Source: an uncultured virus (IMG/VR IMGVR_UViG_3300039136_000054) (Duplodnaviria > Heunggongvirae > Uroviricota > Caudoviricetes). From it: 20,000 nucleotides of DNA. Each line of letters begins with the position of its first letter. Positions within the stretch are counted from its first letter, which is position 1. Both the position numbers and the translations under genes were made by a program. The stretch lies in IMG/VR virus record IMGVR_UViG_3300039136_000054; one strand, given 5' to 3'. Under the pieces are notes generated by a model. That model was not told where the DNA came from. It saw only the letters and a list, made by a program, of their open reading frames with translations, and did no database searches. Shown here one piece after another: positions 13,863-20,000 of the stretch.

Positions 13863-14559
13863 TTGTAGCAACCTTCTTCAAGACTTTCTTCACTGTAGGT
13901 TTAATAACCTTCAGTAAGATGTCAGCAAATGGTTTAGCAATCAGTGCAGATGTAGTAGCAACTACAGCAATACCCCCAGTGGTGATTACGGTCCCCGCTG
14001 GGGGTAATCCATTTATGGCTTGTTCAATGATAGGTACATCACGTACCTCACGAATACATTGATTGCCGACTAGTTTATATCCAGTAATTTCTTTCCTACC
14101 ACTATCGAAGATGTGCCCGACAGGTTCTTCTGCCGCCTGTTTCTTTGTGGGACACTCTATCTTTGGTACTTCTTTATTTGTTTCTGGTGTCTTCTTTGGT
14201 GTCGCTGCTGGTTCTGGCGTCTTCTGCTCTGGAGGACTGCCAATAGGTGGCACTGGAGTCTCACGCTCAAGCTTCAACTTGTTCTTATTATAATCCATAG
14301 GAGTGAACGATGGTGTGCCTGCATCACAGTACACCTTTACACCTTTCGGATCGTCAATCTCTAATTGATTGTTGTCATCACGTTCGTGTGCCTCTACACA
14401 TCCAGGCATGTCCACAACAGGGACACCAATCATATTGGTAACTGGATAGATAGGAGGAACACTAGGGATTCGTGCCTCTGGAGCAGTCCAAATGTTAATT
14501 GGACCGATGTCAAGGTCACGAATCCTAATGCTATCTGTTGTAATCTGTGGGATATCCAT
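13750..14559 (-). CDS. Hypothetical protein with Pro-rich linker, C-terminal TM helix and basic tail
   Basis: 269-aa ORF; TGATG coupling. Confidence 0.8.
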   Translation of the reverse strand: MDIPQITTDSIRIRDLDIGPINIWTAPEARIPSVPPIYPVTNMIGVPVVDMPGCVEAHERDDNNQLEIDDPKGVKVYCDAGTPSFTPMDYNKNKLKLERETPVPPIGSPPEQKTPEPAATPKKTPETNKEVPKIECPTKKQAAEEPVGHIFDSGRKEITGYKLVGNQCIREVRDVPIIEQAINGLPPAGTVITTGGIAVVATTSALIAKPFADILLKVIKPTVKKVLKKVATIRGKQMKILSVKERREEQRDRNQAIAKLRAVKAKTKK

Positions 14560-14795
14560 CAGGGTAGAGGGATAGCACCACCTGTTGCACTTGGAAGTTT
14601 CTCTACTTCAGGCATTGCTTTGTCTACAATACCAGGCAGTGCTTTAGTCACTGCATCAGTCGCTGCCTTCGAGACTTTCTCAATGGCAGCTTCAGTAATC
14701 GAATCTCTATTCAAGTACACATAAGCAGTGGTTCCTACTAGCGTGAGGGATACTAGTCCCGATAGTAGTGCCACTGCATCAATCACCTTTCGCAT
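14559..14795 (-). CDS. Small membrane-anchored protein (78 aa)
   Basis: MRKVIDAVALLSGLVSLTLVG TM segment. Confidence 0.75.
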   Translation of the reverse strand: MRKVIDAVALLSGLVSLTLVGTTAYVYLNRDSITEAAIEKVSKAATDAVTKALPGIVDKAMPEVEKLPSATGGAIPLP

Positions 14796-15066
14796 CTTTC
14801 TTTTCCTCACCTTTTTTATCTTTATCTTCGTCTTTCTTTTTAGACGCTTGGACTCCGAACGTAGCTAAAGTCGTTGTGAAGACGCTGGCTATAAATGTCG
14901 GATCGATTTGTCGTTGTGGAATGCCAGGAACAGTTACATAATTAAGTGTAAGAATTGCTGCTGACCACCCAAGAATAATAACACGCACCAATGCAGACAG
15001 ACCTTCGTCTGCCCATTCAAACTTTTCCTTCTTCTCTGGCACTTCCTTTACAGGAGTTTCTGCCAT
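14779..15066 (-). CDS. Two-TM membrane protein with charged tail (holin-like topology)
   Basis: Start ATG 15066 downstream of a CTAAATA late promoter; two TM helices; KKKDEDKDKK tail. Confidence 0.7.
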   Translation of the reverse strand: MAETPVKEVPEKKEKFEWADEGLSALVRVIILGWSAAILTLNYVTVPGIPQRQIDPTFIASVFTTTLATFGVQASKKKDEDKDKKGEEKKDAKGD

Positions 15067-15089
15067 GTCTGGAATAGTTGAGGCACTTT

Positions 15090-15096
15090 TATTTAG
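15090..15096 (-). promoter_or_regulatory. T4-like late promoter
   Basis: CTAAATA overlapping the stop of the upstream gene. Confidence 0.55.
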
Positions 15097-15764
15097 TCTG
15101 CAAGGTAACCATTTTCTTTTAGCCATTGCCCTGTCAGTGGTGTGGGTGGATACACTTTCCACATCTCACCAGTAGCACAGGCATCCAATGCTTTAGCAGT
15201 CATACCTTCAGTGCGACCTGCCCAGGATGCTTCTGCTTCCCAAGGCACTGCATTTTTAGGATAGGTACGTTCAGCAAGTGTGCGCCAGATCGTAGGAACT
15301 GCCTCTTCAGGTTTGATAATAGCGATCATACTATTCTTGATAGTACCCGCCATGCAATCCTGTGCAGCGTGCCACCCTTCATGTCTAGTGACACTCATAA
15401 GTGTGCTTTGACGATGCATGAAAGCATCATTCAAGAAGAAGTTATTACCTACAGTATGATAGACACCTCGGTGTCCTGGTGGAAAGTATTTTGTATCTGC
15501 TAGAAAGACCTTAACTCCGACCCTATTAAAAGAGGCGATGATGTCATTAAACTCACGAGCAACAGCATCATAATCACTGTCGGGATAGCGATCGATAATA
15601 TCTTGAATACTTGTGATTCGTTTAACATTGTCGGTACACTCTAGTAGCATCATGCATCCCATAGAATCCATAGTGTGGTAACCCTTGGTGGGTTCCGCCG
15701 CTACAGGCACAGTCATACCATGTGCTGCTCCGAAGAGCAGACCTGACAAAATATACTTAAACAT
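15093..15764 (-). CDS. Secreted HExxH zinc metallopeptidase-like protein
   Basis: Signal peptide; RHEGWHAAQ motif and distal WEAEA; GAGG SD. Confidence 0.75.
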   Translation of the reverse strand: MFKYILSGLLFGAAHGMTVPVAAEPTKGYHTMDSMGCMMLLECTDNVKRITSIQDIIDRYPDSDYDAVAREFNDIIASFNRVGVKVFLADTKYFPPGHRGVYHTVGNNFFLNDAFMHRQSTLMSVTRHEGWHAAQDCMAGTIKNSMIAIIKPEEAVPTIWRTLAERTYPKNAVPWEAEASWAGRTEGMTAKALDACATGEMWKVYPPTPLTGQWLKENGYLAD

Positions 15765-15782
15765 AATATACCTCAATGATTT

Positions 15783-15929
15783 TTATTTATCTTCGTTGTA
15801 CCAGAAGTCTTCCCAGTCTTCTTCTGTCGCTTCGTAGATAGGGCAAGGTTCTTCCATAAGGATATCGACTTTTGCTCTTATCATTCTAGCACGAAGCTCT
15901 TTTTCTTGCTCTTCAGTTAGAATACTCAT
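15783..15929 (-). CDS. 48-aa hypothetical protein (MSILTEEQEKELRARMIRAKVDILMEEP...DFWYNEDK)
   Basis: Hand translation; fills the gap between neighbours. Confidence 0.65.
   Translation of the reverse strand: MSILTEEQEKELRARMIRAKVDILMEEPCPIYEATEEDWEDFWYNEDK
15784..15790 (-). promoter_or_regulatory. T4-like late promoter
   Basis: ATAAATA 19 nt upstream of ATG 15764. Confidence 0.6.
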
Positions 15930-16077
15930 TGAGGATGTCTAGCATACGGTTCAACATGTGATCAGCACCTGAACGCCAATCATCATTCTTGTGGTCATAC
16001 ATACCATCTCCGATTTCTTTTTTTAATTTAAGAACACGAGACAGTGCATCAACCTTGAGTAGTCTTCCTCTTGGCAT
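15913..16077 (-). CDS. 54-aa hypothetical protein (MPRGRLLKVDALSRVLKLKKEI...)
   Basis: Hand translation; ATAAATA late promoter at 16098-16104. Confidence 0.7.
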   Translation of the reverse strand: MPRGRLLKVDALSRVLKLKKEIGDGMYDHKNDDWRSGADHMLNRMLDILNEYSN

Positions 16078-16100
16078 AATTAAAAACCACAATGAAATAT

Positions 16101-16439
16101 TTATTTGTTGTTCTCGAACAGACCAATGAAATATTCAGCATCCACCACAATCAGTGGTTTCTTTCTGTTCTTCTTCATGACTACGATAGGTTCATAGTCA
16201 CCAGAATTTTCACATGCCTGTTCGTATGCGTCCCAAACATTGAGACGCTCAACGTTCTTACATTCTATCGAGTGAGGGAACTTTTGTCTAGCTGCTCGTG
16301 CCATGATAAGATCTTCACCACCAGCACCCATGCTACGAGACTCAATGTCCTCTGGGTGAACATCTAACATCTCAATGAGTTTCTGGCGAACCCACTTCTG
16401 TAGGTTCCTACCCTTTGCTTTGGCACTACTAGTTTTCAT
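16101..16439 (-). CDS. PD-(D/E)XK nuclease, Holliday-junction-resolvase-like
   Basis: KAKGRNLQ, GEDL, SIECKN motifs. Confidence 0.8.
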   Translation of the reverse strand: MKTSSAKAKGRNLQKWVRQKLIEMLDVHPEDIESRSMGAGGEDLIMARAARQKFPHSIECKNVERLNVWDAYEQACENSGDYEPIVVMKKNRKKPLIVVDAEYFIGLFENNK

Positions 16440-16590
16440 AACCACGGATCTGGTATTTGTACCGCATTGCTTGTAGGAACCATGCGTCGGTCAGACACTT
16501 TGGTCCCTCCATTATGATCTTCGCTTGTTTTTCGTTCACGCTTGGATCCGATAGTGCTCTCCTTTTCCATTCGGGAAGTTCTTTTGTCAT
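16429..16590 (-). CDS. 53-aa hypothetical protein (MTKELPEWKRRALSDPSV...AWFLQAMRYKYQIRGYEN)
   Basis: Hand translation; AGGTGG SD at 16595-16600. Confidence 0.6.
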   Translation of the reverse strand: MTKELPEWKRRALSDPSVNEKQAKIIMEGPKCLTDAWFLQAMRYKYQIRGYEN

Positions 16591-16615
16591 GTAACCACCT
16601 GTAGAATATGTTCAT
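16436..16615 (-). CDS. 59-aa ORF in an alternative frame (MNIFYRWLHDKR...)
   Basis: ATGA overlaps with both neighbours. Confidence 0.45.
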   Translation of the reverse strand: MNIFYRWLHDKRTSRMEKESTIGSKRERKTSEDHNGGTKVSDRRMVPTSNAVQIPDPWL

Positions 16616-16881
16616 GTCTCTGATTGGTTCTCCCAATATCCAGGGATGTTCTCACCACGCAAGAACTTACCCCAGTTGACAGTGTTGTAGTCAATACTAT
16701 TGTCCCAGCAGAACTTCTGCATAACTTTCATTAGCTCCTCGTCATTCATCCTGGTCCACCAATAGATCGTATACTGTTCGTTACGATCAATTTGTTTCAT
16801 GACTTCCAGATACTTCTGGACTGCCTTGGGTTGTTTTGGATCTGCCTGCATAGGTTTAGGCAGTGGAGTATCAGGATTCAT
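16612..16881 (-). CDS. Hypothetical protein (89 aa)
   Basis: ORF track; overlaps neighbours at both ends. Confidence 0.75.
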   Translation of the reverse strand: MNPDTPLPKPMQADPKQPKAVQKYLEVMKQIDRNEQYTIYWWTRMNDEELMKVMQKFCWDNSIDYNTVNWGKFLRGENIPGYWENQSET

Positions 16882-17546
16882 AATTGTATAAGCGTATGGT
16901 CATCATCATCTGTAAAGATGTTAGCCAATTGTGTAAGATCAAAGGCAATAGTAATTCTAGGACTATCCTGTTGATTAACTGTAGTATAGTGAGGAAGATA
17001 GTTAGGGAATAGTGTCAGTTTACCTGGCACATTCTCTGCCTCATAGTTCCTACCAATGTTATCATATGGATGAGTGTAGATAGTCTTGGTGTCTACAGCG
17101 GCAACAGTTAGATGCCCTCCCAAGTATGTATGTGGGTGGACAGAGTGCCAATGTTGTTTGATCCTCTCTCCTTTCCTCAATACATTTGCCCAGCATCTAA
17201 TGCGTACCTTGGGTGGAGCTTTGAATACACCGAACATACTTTGGTAGTATTGTCGGTGAAACTTTTTGATCTCCTGATGTAACTGATCTGTAGCAGGAAA
17301 CCCCCAGGTCAAGACATTAAAATGCCTGAACCTAGAGGTAAGACTATTAGGACCAAGACCAGTGTTCCCGTCACTACTGGCGGGAAACTGGGATTTGATC
17401 TCTTCTTCTTTCTGTAGAATAATTTTAGTTAGTTCTTCACAGTCAATATCAATTTGCTTTTCGCCAATAGTAAAGTCCCACTGGGGTGCAAATGGTGACT
17501 GGGGCGGATCACTCTTGTGATGAACCGCGCACCATTCTTTTGTCAT
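16878..17546 (-). CDS. 2OG-Fe(II) oxygenase-like protein
   Basis: WANVLR, HWH, FPNYLPHYT, RITIAFD. Confidence 0.85.
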   Translation of the reverse strand: MTKEWCAVHHKSDPPQSPFAPQWDFTIGEKQIDIDCEELTKIILQKEEEIKSQFPASSDGNTGLGPNSLTSRFRHFNVLTWGFPATDQLHQEIKKFHRQYYQSMFGVFKAPPKVRIRCWANVLRKGERIKQHWHSVHPHTYLGGHLTVAAVDTKTIYTHPYDNIGRNYEAENVPGKLTLFPNYLPHYTTVNQQDSPRITIAFDLTQLANIFTDDDDHTLIQL

Positions 17547-18730
17547 AGTTTAAATCCAGAGAATGTCTTTTCACCAACGTCTTGCTTGAGACCACCAATA
17601 ACATAGGACTCAACCTCTGTCTCCTGTGGTGCCACCTGCATGGTCTTGGAGTTCAACCAGTGCTCTGTCCAAGGGAGAGGATTGTTAGAGATAGGTTGAC
17701 TGAAGACAGGCTTCATGTTGATAGACTTCATGCGACGATTTGCAACCCACTCAACATAATTCTTGAGTAGTTTGTCATTCAAACCAATCATGCTACCGTC
17801 TCTGAACAGATACTCTGCCCAGTTCTTCTCTTCCTCTACACAGTCACGGAACATCTGGACAACGTTCTGCTCTTCTTCCTCAATGATCTTCAGCATGTCA
17901 GGGTCATCACCCTTCTGCCAGTTCTTGATCATGTTCATGGTGATGGTCATGTGCTGTGACTCATCACGAGCAATCAGACCGATGATCTTTGCATTGCCTT
18001 CCATGACTTTGAGTTCACCGAAAGCAAAGGAGCAAGCGAACGAAACATAGAAACGAATACCCTCAAGGATGTACACGTTCATGACTGCACGATAGAGTCT
18101 ACGCTTCAGGTCACGCAGTGTCCATTCAGCACTAGGAGAATCTTTCCAGTCTTCCTTCCACCAGTTACCAGTGCCATACTCCTGTGCAGCATTGATGAAG
18201 TCATCGTATGCCTTGGTGACACTAGCAGCACGTTCAATGATCTTCTCATCGTCGATGATAGTGTCAAGAACTTCTGTAGGATCTGGGTACACATTCTTAA
18301 TGATGTATGTGTAGGAGCGACTATGAATCATCTCCATAGTCTGCCAGATGTTCATGGCACCCTCAAGCTCGGGTAGTGAACAGTAAGGGCTAAAAGCCAT
18401 CCCAGGACCACGCCCTTGTACAGAATCCAAGAGGATCTGGTACTTAAGATTGGAGGTGAAGATATGCTTCTGCTCTGGACGAAGCGTCTGGTAGTCAGCA
18501 CGGTCCTTCTGAAGTGATACTTCTTCTGGTCTCCAGAAGTATCCCAGTTGCTGTTGAGTAAGTTTCTCAAAGATAGGATACTTGAATTGATCATAACGTT
18601 GTACTCCTAGAGGGGCACCAAAAAACATTGGTTGCTTCAATGCATTGACTGTATTGGTATTGAATACAGTCATGCCGTCTACAGATTTCTTTGGCATGTC
18701 GTCGTTGACTCTAAATTTTGCAACTGTCAC
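17543..18730 (-). CDS. nrdB: Ribonucleotide reductase class Ia beta subunit
   Basis: FWRPEE, EMIHSRSY, LEGIRFYVSF, RDESQH, QVAPQETEVESY; GTG start. Confidence 0.97.
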   Translation of the reverse strand: MTVAKFRVNDDMPKKSVDGMTVFNTNTVNALKQPMFFGAPLGVQRYDQFKYPIFEKLTQQQLGYFWRPEEVSLQKDRADYQTLRPEQKHIFTSNLKYQILLDSVQGRGPGMAFSPYCSLPELEGAMNIWQTMEMIHSRSYTYIIKNVYPDPTEVLDTIIDDEKIIERAASVTKAYDDFINAAQEYGTGNWWKEDWKDSPSAEWTLRDLKRRLYRAVMNVYILEGIRFYVSFACSFAFGELKVMEGNAKIIGLIARDESQHMTITMNMIKNWQKGDDPDMLKIIEEEEQNVVQMFRDCVEEEKNWAEYLFRDGSMIGLNDKLLKNYVEWVANRRMKSINMKPVFSQPISNNPLPWTEHWLNSKTMQVAPQETEVESYVIGGLKQDVGEKTFSGFKL

Positions 18731-20000
18731 AATCTTCTTCCTCGGTTTCTAGAATTTGGGTAAGCAGGTCTTCGATGCTCTGTTTCTTCTCTTCTTCTTT
18801 GTCGTCGTCTTCTTTTACATCATAGGTGTTTTGATAGTATGAAGTTTTCCAACCGTACTTGTATGTAGTCAAGAAATCCTGTGCCATGACCGAAACTGGG
18901 ATCTCATTGTTGGGGTAATTCAGTGGATTGTAGCTCCAGTTACCAGAAATTGCCTGGTCAAAGAACTTCTGCATCACAGCAACAATATTAATATACCCAG
19001 TGTTGTTAGGCATATCCCACAGAAGGGTATAATTGTTCTTAAGAGTCTGGTATTGCGGTACGATCTGTTTAAGCGGTCCCTTCTTGCTCTTCTTAACGGA
19101 CAGATACCCTCTAGGTGGCTCGATTCCATTTGTTGCGTTTGACACAACGGAACTGCTCTCTGATGGCATTTGAGCAGACAGTGTTGAATGTCGTAGTCCA
19201 TGCTGTCTGATCGCTTCCCGTAGAGTTCCCCAATCAAGTGAAAGGTCATGTGGTACTAGTTCGTCAACGTCTTTTTTATATGTATCGATAGGAAGAATGC
19301 CATGAGAATACTTGGTACGATCAAAGTATCCACACGCACCTTTCTCTTTAGCAATCTGGTTAGAAGACTTCAGAAGATAATACTGGAATGCTTCCGTCAG
19401 ATCATGGACTGCTTTCACTGCTTCAGGAGAGTCGTAAGAGTGCCCCTGCTTCGCCAGGAAGTGCGCTAGACCGATGTATCCGATGCCCAGTGACCTACGA
19501 TTGAGTGTGGACTCTCTCGCCGCTTTGACAGGGTACTCCTGGTAGTCGATCAGTTCTTCCAGACCACGAACAGCAAGATCACAAAGGGGTTCAATGTCAT
19601 CCAGTGTCTTCAGTTTACCTACGTTGATAGCAGACAGAATACACAGAGCAATCTCACCCTCGCCATCGATATGCTGGATGGGGTCAGTTGGTAGAGTGAT
19701 CTCCTGACACAGGTTAGACATGTTAACCTTGTCCAGGAAAGAACTATGACTGTTGCAGTGGTCAATGTTCATGAGGTAAACACGACCAGTCTCTGCTCGC
19801 TCCTTCAAGAGATCAAGAATAAGTTCTTGAGCACCGATAGTTTTGCGTGGAATAGATCCATCAGATTCATAACTTGTATAGAGATCATCAAACCCAGGAG
19901 TACCAAAAGCATCATAAAGACCTGGTACATCGTGAGGTGAGAAGAGACTGATCTCTCCGTCTTGGATGAAACGTTCATAGAACAGTTTACTAATCTGGAT
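18711..20000 (-). CDS. nrdA: Ribonucleotide reductase class Ia alpha subunit, 3' part
   Basis: SNLCQEI, CILSAIN, QMPSESSS, KTSYY, C-terminal CDSC; frame open to the window edge. Confidence 0.98.
   Translation of the reverse strand: MQISKLFYERFIQDGEISLFSPHDVPGLYDAFGTPGFDDLYTSYESDGSIPRKTIGAQELILDLLKERAETGRVYLMNIDHCNSHSSFLDKVNMSNLCQEITLPTDPIQHIDGEGEIALCILSAINVGKLKTLDDIEPLCDLAVRGLEELIDYQEYPVKAARESTLNRRSLGIGYIGLAHFLAKQGHSYDSPEAVKAVHDLTEAFQYYLLKSSNQIAKEKGACGYFDRTKYSHGILPIDTYKKDVDELVPHDLSLDWGTLREAIRQHGLRHSTLSAQMPSESSSVVSNATNGIEPPRGYLSVKKSKKGPLKQIVPQYQTLKNNYTLLWDMPNNTGYINIVAVMQKFFDQAISGNWSYNPLNYPNNEIPVSVMAQDFLTTYKYGWKTSYYQNTYDVKEDDDKEEEKKQSIEDLLTQILETEEEDCDSCKI

Overview
A 20-kb segment of a T4-like cyanomyovirus (Kyanoviridae-type, probably infecting Synechococcus), almost all on the minus strand. 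In transcription order it holds nrdA (partial), nrdB, a 2OG-Fe(II) oxygenase, a PD-(D/E)XK nuclease, an HExxH peptidase and membrane proteins, three plus-strand secreted-protein genes, four tRNAs (Arg-TCT, Val-TAC, Pro-TGG, Gly-TCC), talC, glutaredoxins, a manA-like structured RNA, two hli genes, psbA, psbD, RNase H and many small hypothetical genes. The main finding is at 989-1464. A sigma70 promoter with an adjacent NtcA-type box drives a double glutamine (glnA-class) riboswitch-like RNA. Each P2 stem encloses an entire small gene and pairs its start codon with the gene's own 3' end. The two enclosed proteins align as paralogs, the two aptamers appear to share one P3/E-loop helix, and DUF4278-like (YRGVxY) genes follow. 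All family calls come from recognising motifs by eye; no database search was run.
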